Position numbers and translations under genes: made by a program
From: an uncultured Muribaculaceae bacterium
GTDB taxonomy: Bacteria; Bacillota_I; Bacilli_A; RF39; UBA660
Direction of reading: 5' to 3'
Assembly: GCA_964549115.1 (NCBI GenBank)
Contig: CAZJTX010000001.1
Coordinates: forward strand, 56,494 to 120,493
DNA: 64,000 nucleotides
In this document: one piece after another, positions 1 through 9,977 of the stretch
Layout: every line of letters starts with the position of its first letter
How positions within the stretch are numbered: the stretch's first letter is position 1
Notes under the pieces: generated by a model
The model's database searches: none
Seen by the model: only the letters and a program-made list of their open reading frames with translations
What the model was told of the DNA's origin: nothing

Positions 1-486
1 TGTTTTAAAAGTAAACTTGCCTTCAGATAAATCTATTAAATCAATATTAAATATTTCTACTTCTCTTGTAGGTAACTTAACTTCTTTTCCTTCTCTAGCA
101 TATTCATATAAGCGTTTTCCTTTAATAGATACTGCCGAATATATAGGAACAGTTTGGCTATATTTACCTAAAAAAGAGTTTAAAACAGTTACTAATTCAT
201 CTTTATTTATATTATAGTCAGCTTCTTCAACTATGTGTCCAGTTATATCTAATGTATCAGTTTTAATACCTAATTGTACTTCAACTATATATTCTTTATC
301 CAAACTAGTAATTTCATTCACCAGTTTTGTATATCTTCCTAAACACACCACTAACACACCGGTTGCAAGAGGATCAAGAGTTCCACTATGTCCTATTTTA
401 GACATATTAAATATGTTATTCAATTTATTGATAACATCTCTACTTGTATAATTCTTATCCTTATTAATAACTATTATGCCCTTCAT
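1..486 (-). CDS. truB: tRNA pseudouridine(55) synthase TruB, partial (5' part; continues beyond window start)
   Basis: Reverse-strand translation from the ATG at 486-484 gives MKGIIVINKDKNYTSRDVINKLNNIFNMSKIGHSGTLDPLATGVLVVCLGRYTK..., which contains the TruB catalytic motif GHSGTLDP. It sits directly downstream of rbfA as in the nusA-infB-rbfA-truB operon. There is no stop codon before the window edge, so it is absent from the ORF track. Confidence 0.8.
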   Translation of the reverse strand, partial: MKGIIVINKDKNYTSRDVINKLNNIFNMSKIGHSGTLDPLATGVLVVCLGRYTKLVNEITSLDKEYIVEVQLGIKTDTLDITGHIVEEADYNINKDELVTVLNSFLGKYSQTVPIYSAVSIKGKRLYEYAREGKEVKLPTREVEIFNIDLIDLSEGKFTFKT

Positions 487-487
487 A

Positions 488-826
488 TTACTTATTAATT
501 TCTTTTATAAGCTTTTCTATTTTATCTCCATACTCAACTGATTTATCATAAACAAACAATATCTCAGGAGTATGTCTTAAATTTATTAATTTTGATAACT
601 TTCCTCTTATAAAAGAAGAAGATTCATTAACATGGTTTTCTAACTCTTCATGAGTTAAGTCACTAATAGCTGTAAAAAACACTCTAGCTATACTCAAATC
701 ATTATTTAACTCAGTATCAATTATAGTAATACTCTTAATTAATTCATCTTTTATATCTTTTAAAATAATGCTATTAACATATCTAGTTATTTCTGTAGAT
801 ATTCTTTTGTTTTTATAATTGGTCAT
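488..826 (-). CDS. rbfA: ribosome-binding factor A
   Basis: 112 aa. Typical RbfA size and sequence (…IARVFFT…). Conserved position after infB. Confidence 0.85.
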   Translation of the reverse strand: MTNYKNKRISTEITRYVNSIILKDIKDELIKSITIIDTELNNDLSIARVFFTAISDLTHEELENHVNESSSFIRGKLSKLINLRHTPEILFVYDKSVEYGDKIEKLIKEINK

Positions 827-2934
827 TTTATTTTTACCTCGACCATTTCATAACACACAATTAAATCTTTTTCTTTAATATCATTATAACTTTCTAATGT
901 TATACCACATTCAAAACCTTTTTTAACTTCTTTTACAGTATCTTTTCCTCTTTGAATACTAGATATTTTAGATTCTCCAACTATTTTGCCATCTCTAATA
1001 ATTCTAGCCATAGTATTATTTTTAATTATACCTTCAGTAACATAAGACCCAGCTATATTACCAACTTTAGAGAACTTAAATATTTTTCTAACTTCAGCTG
1101 TACCTAATTCTTTTTCTTCAAATTCGGGATCTAACATACCTTTCATAGCGTGTTCTATTTCTTCAATTAATTTATAAATTACTGTATAAACTCTAACATC
1201 GATACTATGATCTTTAGCTTTTGATGAAGCTATAGTTTCAGTAGTTACGTTAAATCCTAAAACAATTGCACCACACGCTATAGCTAAATCAATATCACTT
1301 TCTGAAATAGCTCCGATTCCGCTTCTTACGACTTTTACTTTAACCCCGTCTATATCAATTCTTTCTAAAGAACTTTTAATAGCTTCTTCACATCCATGCA
1401 TATCAGCTTTTAATATTATATTAATTTCTTTATTACCTTGTTCAATAGAAGCAAATAAATCTTCCAAAGAGATATGCATTGCACAACTTGCTGCATCTTC
1501 TTCACATCTTGCTCTTTCAGCTGCTATTTTCTTGGCTTCACTTTCAGTTTCAAAAGCCATAAATTTATCCCCGGCATCTGGTGTTGATGTTAATCCTGTT
1601 ATTTCAACTGGGGTACTAGGACCAGCTTCTAAAATAGATTCTCCTTTATCGTTTTTCATAGATCTAACTTTTGCAAACGCTGTTCCTACAACTATAGGAT
1701 CTCCAACTCTTAATGTTCCATTTTGAATTAGTAGGGAACCTATTCCTCCAACTTTTTTATCCATCTTGGATTCTATAACCGCTCCAATAGCATATCTTTT
1801 AGGATTGGCTTTATATTCACTAACTTCAGCTATTGTAGCTAAAGTATCTAAAACTAAAGGTATACCCTCACCAGTTATTGCAGATATTTTAATAAATGGA
1901 TATTCTCCACCCCATTCTTCAGGCGTTAACCCTGCTTCTGCAAGTTCTTGCATTACCTTATCTGGATTAGCTGTTGGCTTATCCATTTTATTAATAGCTA
2001 CGATTATTGGAACATTTGCACTCTTTGCATGTTCTATAGCTTCTTTTGTTTGTGGCATAACTCCATCATCTGCTGCTACTATAATAATAACTATATCAGT
2101 AACACTAGCACCTCTTGCTCTCATTTGAGTAAATGCAGCATGACCAGGTGTATCAATAAATGTAATATAATCATCATTATGTTTAATTTGATAAGCTCCA
2201 ACTCTTTGAGTAATTCCCCCATCTTCACCATCAACAACATTTGATTTTCTAATATAATCTAAAAGTGATGTCTTACCATGATCAACATGCCCCATAATTG
2301 TTACAATAGGGGCTCTTTTTACTAAATCTTCATCTTTGTCATAAATTTCATAATCTTCAAATTTTGAAATATCAGATGCCTCGTCTTCTAATTTTAAGTT
2401 TCTTTTATATTCAGATGCAATTAGCTCAGCAATTTCTTTAGATACTTCATCTTTAATACCAATTTCCAATTCTAAAGTTAATAATTTTTTAATAATCTCA
2501 GCTGGATTAGTTCTCATTTGTTCGGCTATTTCATATAAAGTTATTCCGTCTTTATATATAATATTTTTTTCATCTGCAACATTTCTTTTTAATCTTTCTT
2601 TTTTCTTATACAATTCTTTCTTCTGAGCTCTAAATTCCTTAGAGTTTACTTCATCAGTAGTATCCTTTACCTTTTCTTTAGTAATAGTATATTCTACATC
2701 TTCGTATTCACTACCTACCACATAATCTTCAACTAACTCATCCATCTTTTCATCTTCTTCATGAGTTATCTCATCATCCGTACTAATTAAATGTAGTGTA
2801 TTATCCAGCATAATAATGTCATCTTCCGATAACATATCATCTTTATCTTTTACATCGATATTTAAGTTTTTACACTCTTGTAGTACTTCTGCAATAGATA
2901 TGCCAATATCTTCAGCGTAATCTTTAACTGTCAT
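823..2934 (-). CDS. infB: translation initiation factor IF-2
   Basis: 703 aa. G-domain motifs GHVDHGKTSLLD, DTPGH and NKMD. C-terminal IF-2 beta-barrel domains. nusA-infB synteny. Confidence 0.95.
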   Translation of the reverse strand: MTVKDYAEDIGISIAEVLQECKNLNIDVKDKDDMLSEDDIIMLDNTLHLISTDDEITHEEDEKMDELVEDYVVGSEYEDVEYTITKEKVKDTTDEVNSKEFRAQKKELYKKKERLKRNVADEKNIIYKDGITLYEIAEQMRTNPAEIIKKLLTLELEIGIKDEVSKEIAELIASEYKRNLKLEDEASDISKFEDYEIYDKDEDLVKRAPIVTIMGHVDHGKTSLLDYIRKSNVVDGEDGGITQRVGAYQIKHNDDYITFIDTPGHAAFTQMRARGASVTDIVIIIVAADDGVMPQTKEAIEHAKSANVPIIVAINKMDKPTANPDKVMQELAEAGLTPEEWGGEYPFIKISAITGEGIPLVLDTLATIAEVSEYKANPKRYAIGAVIESKMDKKVGGIGSLLIQNGTLRVGDPIVVGTAFAKVRSMKNDKGESILEAGPSTPVEITGLTSTPDAGDKFMAFETESEAKKIAAERARCEEDAASCAMHISLEDLFASIEQGNKEINIILKADMHGCEEAIKSSLERIDIDGVKVKVVRSGIGAISESDIDLAIACGAIVLGFNVTTETIASSKAKDHSIDVRVYTVIYKLIEEIEHAMKGMLDPEFEEKELGTAEVRKIFKFSKVGNIAGSYVTEGIIKNNTMARIIRDGKIVGESKISSIQRGKDTVKEVKKGFECGITLESYNDIKEKDLIVCYEMVEVKIK

Positions 2935-2950
2935 TTTACTACCACCTTTC

Positions 2951-3205
2951 TTATTTATTAATTAATTCTTCATATATTTTTTCATCAATTATTTCTTCAA
3001 AAACATCGTTTAATATATCTTGTCTTTTGGCTTCTTTAAAAACTTCTATATCGTTTTTAAAGTAAACACCTCTTCCGTTCTTTTTACCTGTTAAATCAAT
3101 TTCTATATTCCCTTCCGGGGTTCTTACAACTCTAATTAATTCCTTTTTAGGTAATTTTTCCTTTGTAATAATACATGTTCTAAGAGGTATCTTTTTTGTT
3201 TTCAT
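2951..3205 (-). CDS. ylxR: YlxR/RnpM-like RNA-binding protein (DUF448)
   Basis: 84 aa. IPLRTCI…GRGVY motif typical of YlxR. Located between nusA and infB. Confidence 0.75.
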   Translation of the reverse strand: MKTKKIPLRTCIITKEKLPKKELIRVVRTPEGNIEIDLTGKKNGRGVYFKNDIEVFKEAKRQDILNDVFEEIIDEKIYEELINK

Positions 3206-3208
3206 GAT

Positions 3209-4321
3209 TTACTCATTAGCCTCCGCATTTATTTCTTCTAATGTTTTTAAATCTATTCTATGTCTTGTTAATCTACTTGCTAATTTAACATTACTTCCTT
3301 TTTTACCAATAGCTAAACTTAAATTATCTTCATTAACTATAACTAATGCTTCCCTTTTTTCTGGATCAACAATATTAACTATTACATCTTTAGCTGGCGA
3401 TAAAGCATTTTTAATATATTCTGCATCATCTTCACTATATAATATAATATCTACTCTTTCTCCTTTTAACTCATTTAATATATTAGAAATTCTAATACCA
3501 CGTTCACCTATACATGCTCCAATTGGATCTATTTTAGGATCTGTTGAGTATACTGAGACTTTACTTCTAATGCCCGGTTCTCTAACTACAGCGTTTAATA
3601 CAATTTCTCCACTAGCTAATTCTGGTATTTCATGTTCAAATAATCTTTTAACAAATCCATAATGTCTTCTTGATAAAAGTATAATTGGACCTTTATTATT
3701 ACTATCTATTTTAGTAATATAAACTCTTATATTACTTCCCATTTCAATTTCTTCTCCTGGTATAGTTTCTGCTTTAGGTAAAACTCCTCTTCCTCTTCCA
3801 AGGTCAATATAGAAATTTCTTTCATCTTCCATCGCAACCATACCAAGCATTAATTCATATTCTTTTCCTTCAAAATCTTTAATAATAGAATCTTTTTCAG
3901 CTTCTCTTATTTTTTGAACTATTACTTGTTTAGCGGTACCTGCTGCAACTCTGCCGAAATCTTCCGGAGTTACTTCAACTTCGATTTCATCACCTAGTTT
4001 TGCATCCTTTTTCATTTTCTTAGCATCTTCTAAAAGTATTTGAGCATCAAAATTAATTTCAGGAGGTATTTTAACAATATTTCCTTCTTCGTCTGTTTCC
4101 TCACTACCTTCGTCAATTTTATCCACTACTACTAAATAAGACACAACTTTAATATCTCCTGTATCTTTATTTATATCTACTTTAACATTGGTTTTAGAAT
4201 CGAAGTTTTTTCTATATGCAGTAAGTAACGCAAGTTCTAATGCTTCAAAAACCACATCTATATCAATGCCTTTTTCTTTTACTACATCATCAATTATTTT
4301 AATTATTTCTTTTCCGTTCAT
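3209..4321 (-). CDS. nusA: transcription termination/antitermination factor NusA
   Basis: 370 aa. N-terminal domain, S1 and tandem KH regions (…GPIILLSRRHYGFVKRLFEHEIPE…GACIGERG…). Operon context. Confidence 0.95.
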   Translation of the reverse strand: MNGKEIIKIIDDVVKEKGIDIDVVFEALELALLTAYRKNFDSKTNVKVDINKDTGDIKVVSYLVVVDKIDEGSEETDEEGNIVKIPPEINFDAQILLEDAKKMKKDAKLGDEIEVEVTPEDFGRVAAGTAKQVIVQKIREAEKDSIIKDFEGKEYELMLGMVAMEDERNFYIDLGRGRGVLPKAETIPGEEIEMGSNIRVYITKIDSNNKGPIILLSRRHYGFVKRLFEHEIPELASGEIVLNAVVREPGIRSKVSVYSTDPKIDPIGACIGERGIRISNILNELKGERVDIILYSEDDAEYIKNALSPAKDVIVNIVDPEKREALVIVNEDNLSLAIGKKGSNVKLASRLTRHRIDLKTLEEINAEANE

Positions 4322-4566
4322 TTTGCACCTCTTTCTTTACTTGATATATCTAACACATAATTTTCATACGGTAAGTCTTCTTTATCAATTAATTTGTTTA
4401 TTATTCTACTGGCTTTAACAACTAAATCTAAATCTAATCCACCATCTTTATCTAATATTATATTTAAAAACTCGTTTTTGCCTTTTTTCTCATATTTTAT
4501 ATTATCTACGAAAATATCAAACGATTTTAATTCTTCATTAATTTCAACTTTTAATTTGTCTAACAT
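4318..4566 (-). CDS. rimP: ribosome maturation factor RimP (short form)
   Basis: N-terminal RimP-like sequence immediately upstream of nusA. I placed the start at the ATG at 4566 (MLDKLKVEINEEL…), which lies 9 nt after AAGGAG. The ORF-track start at 4605 lacks an SD. Only about 83 aa, versus roughly 150 aa for canonical RimP. Confidence 0.6.
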   Translation of the reverse strand: MLDKLKVEINEELKSFDIFVDNIKYEKKGKNEFLNIILDKDGGLDLDLVVKASRIINKLIDKEDLPYENYVLDISSKERGAK

Positions 4567-4681
4567 TTTGAATCTCCTTAATAATAAAAGTGGGATTTGG
4601 CCCACTTAAATTTGCTATAAACATTATAACATACATTTAAAATAAATAAAGATATATTAAAAAACAGAGTATTTACTCCAT

Positions 4682-5191
4682 TTATTTAATAATTCCGTTT
4701 TGAACATATTTTGTTTCGTTTATGGTTAAGAAATAATTTTCTCCGGTTTTTTCAACTAATTCAGTTAATTCTTTTAAGCTCTTCTTTTTTATCTCTAATA
4801 TTATCATTTCTTTTTTTATTCCATCCGCAGTTTGTTGTAAATCCATTATGGTCATCGCATAACCTGCTTCTTTTAACACATTTATTAATGGGTCTTTAGC
4901 TTCTTTAGTTATTATTTGAACTCTTATAAAAGCGCTAAATAATGTATCAGTTATATAAGTACCAAATAAAGTTCCTACAGAAAAACCGCCTGCATAAAAG
5001 AGTGGAAGAGTCAAAGCTCCTGCTCCTTCAAACGATAAAGCTGTCCTTACTACTAAAAACCAAATTAATGCTTCTACAAAAGCAAGCATAGCTGCAAATG
5101 TTTTTTTACCCTTAACTGATAAATAAACTCTCATTGTTCCTAAAGATACATCAATAAATCTAGCAAAGAATACTGTTAAACCTATCGTCAT
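4682..5191 (-). CDS. UPF0316/DUF2179 family membrane protein
   Basis: 169 aa. Three N-terminal TM helices followed by a DUF2179-like C-terminal domain. Confidence 0.5.
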   Translation of the reverse strand: MTIGLTVFFARFIDVSLGTMRVYLSVKGKKTFAAMLAFVEALIWFLVVRTALSFEGAGALTLPLFYAGGFSVGTLFGTYITDTLFSAFIRVQIITKEAKDPLINVLKEAGYAMTIMDLQQTADGIKKEMIILEIKKKSLKELTELVEKTGENYFLTINETKYVQNGIIK

Positions 5192-5455
5192 TTATTCTCC
5201 TAACTTGATAACTAGAAATATTATTAAAAATACAACTAATATTATTGATAATAATATGTAACCTTTAATATTTTTGTTATCTTCTCTAAATTCTATTTTG
5301 TTATCCACCCCAAATTGGCTAGACAACCTTTTAAATTCTTGTCTTTCTTCTATTTCTTTTTTTATATCACTTTGTTTTTTGCTAATTACTTTTCCACAAA
5401 ATTCACAAACCACTTTTCCTTTTGGTATAGCACTTCCGCAATTTTCACAATACAT
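5192..5455 (-). CDS. zinc-ribbon domain membrane protein
   Basis: 87 aa. CENCG…CEFCG zinc-ribbon pattern at the N-terminus and a single C-terminal TM helix. Confidence 0.45.
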   Translation of the reverse strand: MYCENCGSAIPKGKVVCEFCGKVISKKQSDIKKEIEERQEFKRLSSQFGVDNKIEFREDNKNIKGYILLSIILVVFLIIFLVIKLGE

Positions 5456-5457
5456 AG

Positions 5458-7110
5458 TTACACCCTTATCAAGGTGATTCTAGCATAACCACTGCCCGAA
5501 TGACCTGTTTCTGTTGTCCCCGTTGTTGAAGGAAATAAAGAATCTCCTGAAATTAATTGACAATTTTTCACAAAATGTTTGGTCGATATTTCTATATTAA
5601 TATTTGGATGATTAAAACAAAATCCTGAGCCGCCGCCTCCTCCTGATGAATAAGATCCACTGGCTCCAGATCCGCCACCATACCAGCCTCCGCCGCCGCC
5701 TCCGCCGTCGTATGCTCCATCAACACCATTTCCGCCTTTTCCATGACTCCCCGGTAAACCTGGTGTATAACTATTTTGTCCTGCTACACCACCCGCATTT
5801 TGTGAGCCGCCGCCACCTTGAGTTCCACATGAACCGTTATTGTAATGGCCTCCGCCAGAAATACCTCCACCGACTCCACCTGGTGCACAAGTGTCGCCAC
5901 CTTTTCCGCCGCCGCCGCCTGCCATTAATAATGTTTTATTTAAATCATTACCATTTAATCTAATAGATGTGGCTCCACCACCACCGCCACCAGTTGTAAA
6001 TGCACAGCCTCCACCGTTATATCCGGCACCGTCACAACCAGATGTTGAAACCGATCCGGCGCCTCCTATAGCTACAGATAAATGATTTCCCTTGTCTAAA
6101 TATACTTCACCTTCAGCATAACCACCTTTTCCACCAGCATTACCACCTTGGGCTCCCCATGTTTGGATTTTATAATATCCCGAATTCATTATTGGTAATG
6201 TTTGTAATGCTCCAGATGTAGGAAATTCATTAGGAATTCCTATAACGCACACTCCTGAATTCATCACTTTTGTTAATGAAATGTCATTTCCACTAATAAA
6301 TCCATCTATACCATCATCACACGTCATACTAGCATAAGTATTAACAAACCCATTATTAGGAGTAAATGAAGTATTTAAACTCCCGTTAAAACTTACAGTA
6401 TGAGTGTAATTAGACATAGTACCGTTTGATACTAAAAATTTTACAGTAGCAGCTGTTTCAACATCAAAATAAGCGGTACATGATACATTAGCTGCACCAG
6501 CACTAGATTTTATTTTTTTAGTTACTAAGTCAAATTCTAAAGGTGAACTATCAGAACAACCTGATTTTGACGAATTAAACATATAACCGGTTTTAATAAG
6601 TCCACTAATTGATAAGTCAGTTACATTAGTATATATTCCAGAACCTGAACCATCTAATTTTTTTCTTTCTTTTTTCAATACTAAATTAATATCGTCTGAT
6701 GTATTTATATTTACTGCATTAAAATAAAAATAACACTTGGTTGGACCAGTAGACGTAATATTAAATGTATCATCTTCATTTTTGGTAAATGTCGCACCAT
6801 TAGTACAACTAGATTGTCCCGCTTGATATGTATAATCCTTTTCTGGTGCTTTATAACTTGCATAATAAGTTCCATTACCTGCACCAGAAGAAGTTCTATT
6901 TTCAATCATATAAGTAATATTATAGTCTGGCTGAGTAACGTCCCCTATTTTTCCAGTAATTAAACTTCTGCTTGAGGTTGTTTTAAAATAAGCATACGAA
7001 ATATACCAAGAAACAGACAACATTAAAACAATTATCACAAACGAAACATGAAAAAATTTATTTTTTTTAATTATAGTTTTTAATTCATTAAGTAAATTCT
7101 TTATCTTCAT
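5458..7110 (-). CDS. glycine-repeat surface protein with SipW-cognate-type signal peptide
   Basis: 550 aa. N-terminal TM helix ending in SWYISYAYFKTTSS, which resembles the TIGR04088 GTyAyFsD cleavage motif. Long C-terminal Gly-rich repeats (GGGGGKGG, GGGGSQNAGG, GGGGGGGWYGGGSGASG). Confidence 0.6.
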   Translation of the reverse strand: MKIKNLLNELKTIIKKNKFFHVSFVIIVLMLSVSWYISYAYFKTTSSRSLITGKIGDVTQPDYNITYMIENRTSSGAGNGTYYASYKAPEKDYTYQAGQSSCTNGATFTKNEDDTFNITSTGPTKCYFYFNAVNINTSDDINLVLKKERKKLDGSGSGIYTNVTDLSISGLIKTGYMFNSSKSGCSDSSPLEFDLVTKKIKSSAGAANVSCTAYFDVETAATVKFLVSNGTMSNYTHTVSFNGSLNTSFTPNNGFVNTYASMTCDDGIDGFISGNDISLTKVMNSGVCVIGIPNEFPTSGALQTLPIMNSGYYKIQTWGAQGGNAGGKGGYAEGEVYLDKGNHLSVAIGGAGSVSTSGCDGAGYNGGGCAFTTGGGGGGATSIRLNGNDLNKTLLMAGGGGGKGGDTCAPGGVGGGISGGGHYNNGSCGTQGGGGSQNAGGVAGQNSYTPGLPGSHGKGGNGVDGAYDGGGGGGGWYGGGSGASGSYSSGGGGGSGFCFNHPNINIEISTKHFVKNCQLISGDSLFPSTTGTTETGHSGSGYARITLIRV

Positions 7111-7257
7111 ATTATTTTATCCTACAATTATCTAATTTAATTTTAAAACATATAATACGCTATGTCAAATAAAGTAACACCTATTTCGTAAAGATTTTTT
7201 TCCCTATTTAATAGAAAAATAGCTTAATTTAAGTTATAATATTATTAGGTGAATATG

Positions 7258-9453
7258 ATGGCAAAACGAAAGAGAAGAAAAAGTACTAAAAAACCAATTA
7301 GTTATGGAGTGGAATTAACTGGACTTATATTACTTTTATTAGGAGTAATCGGGCTAGGTTTAGGAGTTGTCGGAGTTTATTTAAAAAAGATAACGATTTT
7401 CTTTGCTGGAGATTTATGGTTTTTAATTATTGCCGTTACTATAATGACCGGTGTTTTAATGTTATTTAAAAGAACATTGCCAGATTTTTCAACAAATAAA
7501 GCTGTTGGAACAGCTGTTTTAATAATATCAGTCATTGCATTATTTCACTTTAAAGTAATTAACAACAATTTTAAAGATACTATAAACATTACTTATAATA
7601 ATTTTTTCAATAAAGTAAGCGATTTAAATCAAAATAGTAGTATTGGTTTTGTTGGCGATCCTACTGTTTTATTAGGCGGTGGTATGATTGGAGCTACCTT
7701 AGCTTTTTTATTGTCCAGTTTATTTGGATTAACCGGGGCTAAAGTTATTACTATAATCTTTGTTGTGTTTGGGTTAATCTTAAGTTTAGACCTTCATTTA
7801 TTTGAAATGCTAAAAACATTTATTAACTTTATAAGAAAAAACAAAAAACCAAAAAAAGTAAAATTAGACGAAGAAGGTAATGTAATAGTTAAACCAAAAA
7901 AAGAAGAAATGAAAAAAGAAAAATTAGTTATTACTAGTTTAGATGAAGTTAAAAGTAAAAAAACTGTTACATCGTTAGAGACATCAAATCTTGATTTGGG
8001 AAGTAAGTCTACACATGATAAATTACCTACTTTTGATATATTAAATAAAATTGAAATTAAACAAGACGATGATAAAAAGTTCGTAAAAGAAAACAAGGAT
8101 ATATTAGAAAAGGTTTTAAAAGATTTTGGAATTACAGGAAAAGTCGTAAAAATTCATGTGGGTCCTGCTGTTACTCAATATGAAATTACAGTACCTCAAG
8201 GCACTAAAGTAAATAGAATTAGTAGTATACACAAGGAAATTGCCTTAGCTTTAGCGGCTAAAGATGTAAGAATAGAAGCCCCTATTCCTGGTAAAAGCAC
8301 TATAGGTATTGAAATACCAAATAAAGAAGTTGCTCTTGTTCATATAAGAGAAGTTTTAGAAGATACTGCTCATATTAATGATAAAAACAAAATATTTGTA
8401 GCTCTTGGTAAAGACATTATGGGAACTTCAATATTAGAAGATATAACAAAAATGCCTCACTTATTAGTAGCTGGTTCTACCGGATCTGGTAAATCTGTAG
8501 CAATTAACTCTATAATAGCGTCTATCCTAATGCGTTATAAACCTAACGAAGTTAAATTAGTATTAATTGACCCTAAAAAAGTTGAGTTAACAAATTATAC
8601 CGGTATACCCCATTTACTAACACCTGTAGTAACCGATCCTAAACATGCATCGGGAGTGTTACAAAATATAGTTAGAGAGATGGAAGAAAGATACCAAACT
8701 TTCAGTGATAAACAATATAAAAATATCGCAGCGTATAATGATTATATAGATAGACATAATCAGAAAAAACCAGAAGATCCACAACAAAGAATGCCACATA
8801 TAATAGTTATAATTGATGAATTAGCTGACTTGATGTTGGTTGCATCTAAAGAAGTTGAGGAATCTATTATGAGAATAACTCAAATAGCTAGAGCAGCAGG
8901 AATACATTTAATAGTTGCTACCCAAAGACCTTCAACAGATGTTATTACAGGATTGATTAAAAACAATATTCCATCTAGAATGGCTTTCTCGGTAGCAAGT
9001 CAAATTGACTCTAGAACAATATTAGATATGGGCGGAGCAGAAAGATTAATTGGGCGTGGAGATATGCTTTACTTACCAATGGATCAAAATACCCCAAAAA
9101 GAATTCAAGGTTGTTTTATAAGTGATGGAGAAATAAACAAATTAATTAAACATTGGAAAGACGATAATACAAAATACGATGACAGATTTAGTAAAAGCAC
9201 TATAGAGAAAAAAGCAATAACTACTCAAGAAGAAGATTATGAAGATCCGATGTACAATGAAGTAGTAGAATTTGCTATAGAAAATAAAAGTTTAAGTACT
9301 TCTTTAATTCAAAGAAGATTTAGATTTGGATACAATAGAGCAGCTAGAATCATTGATTTATTAGAAGAAAGAGGAATTGTTGGACCACAACAAGGATCAA
9401 AACCAAGAGATGTATTAGTAGAATTAGAAAGTAATGAGGAGGAAGAAGAATGA
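7258..9453 (+). CDS. ftsK: DNA translocase FtsK/SpoIIIE
   Basis: N-terminal TM helices, a linker and a motor domain (GSTGSGKS Walker A, IDELADL Walker B, C-terminal gamma domain). I placed the start at the ATG at 7258, 5 nt after AGGTGA. The ORF-track start at 7249 is GTG. Confidence 0.9.
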   Translation: MAKRKRRKSTKKPISYGVELTGLILLLLGVIGLGLGVVGVYLKKITIFFAGDLWFLIIAVTIMTGVLMLFKRTLPDFSTNKAVGTAVLIISVIALFHFKVINNNFKDTINITYNNFFNKVSDLNQNSSIGFVGDPTVLLGGGMIGATLAFLLSSLFGLTGAKVITIIFVVFGLILSLDLHLFEMLKTFINFIRKNKKPKKVKLDEEGNVIVKPKKEEMKKEKLVITSLDEVKSKKTVTSLETSNLDLGSKSTHDKLPTFDILNKIEIKQDDDKKFVKENKDILEKVLKDFGITGKVVKIHVGPAVTQYEITVPQGTKVNRISSIHKEIALALAAKDVRIEAPIPGKSTIGIEIPNKEVALVHIREVLEDTAHINDKNKIFVALGKDIMGTSILEDITKMPHLLVAGSTGSGKSVAINSIIASILMRYKPNEVKLVLIDPKKVELTNYTGIPHLLTPVVTDPKHASGVLQNIVREMEERYQTFSDKQYKNIAAYNDYIDRHNQKKPEDPQQRMPHIIVIIDELADLMLVASKEVEESIMRITQIARAAGIHLIVATQRPSTDVITGLIKNNIPSRMAFSVASQIDSRTILDMGGAERLIGRGDMLYLPMDQNTPKRIQGCFISDGEINKLIKHWKDDNTKYDDRFSKSTIEKKAITTQEEDYEDPMYNEVVEFAIENKSLSTSLIQRRFRFGYNRAARIIDLLEERGIVGPQQGSKPRDVLVELESNEEEEE

Positions 9454-9977
9454 AAAAGAAAAGATTAGTTCCATTTAAAAATTATGTATTGGCAGCGTTA
9501 ATGTTTTTTGGGGTTATATTTTTAGTCGTGTATTCATTTATGTGGTATAACGTTAAAAATGAAACGAGATTATTAGAAAGTTATTTAATTAAATCAAACA
9601 CTACTAGTTTAGTGCTAAACGAACTTGAAGAAATGGACATTATATTTGAAGAAGCCCCAACAGATTTTTTCTTATTTATTAGTTATAGAAAAAATCAGGA
9701 AACTTTTAATCTTGAAAAAGGATTAAAACCATTAATTGATAAATATAATTTAAATCACAATTTTTATTATTTTGACGTTACTGATTTAAAAGAAGAGACT
9801 AATTTTTTAAAAAACTTAAATGAAAAATTAGAGATTAACATCAAAAACATCCCTGCCCTAATATATTTTAAAAATAATGAAGTTGTAGAAATATTGGAAA
9901 GTAAAGATAATTCCACTTTTAATAAAAGTGATTTTAATAATTTATTAAAATTATACAATTTCGAATTACTTAAATAA
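9450..9977 (+). CDS. hypothetical membrane-anchored protein (possible thioredoxin-like fold)
   Basis: 175 aa. N-terminal TM helix. ATGA start overlap with the ftsK stop. No recognisable catalytic motif. Confidence 0.4.
   Translation: MKKKRLVPFKNYVLAALMFFGVIFLVVYSFMWYNVKNETRLLESYLIKSNTTSLVLNELEEMDIIFEEAPTDFFLFISYRKNQETFNLEKGLKPLIDKYNLNHNFYYFDVTDLKEETNFLKNLNEKLEINIKNIPALIYFKNNEVVEILESKDNSTFNKSDFNNLLKLYNFELLK

Noticed and set aside
17-451. Plus-strand ORFs 17-217 and 233-451
   Set aside because: They are antisense to a clearly recognisable truB coding sequence on the minus strand (GHSGTLDP motif). They have no SD and no homology.
1532-3662. Plus-strand ORFs 1532-1726, 1766-2128, 1948-2244 and 3204-3662
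   Set aside because: They lie entirely inside infB and nusA on the opposite strand. The sequences are low-complexity and hydrophobic, typical of antisense frames in AT-rich DNA.
5646-6085. Pro/Arg/His-rich plus-strand ORFs (5646-5963, 5891-6085) and the minus-strand ORF 6711-6905
   Set aside because: These are artefacts of the GGN-codon glycine repeats of the minus-strand gene 5458-7110. Antisense CCN and CGN codons give Pro/Arg runs.
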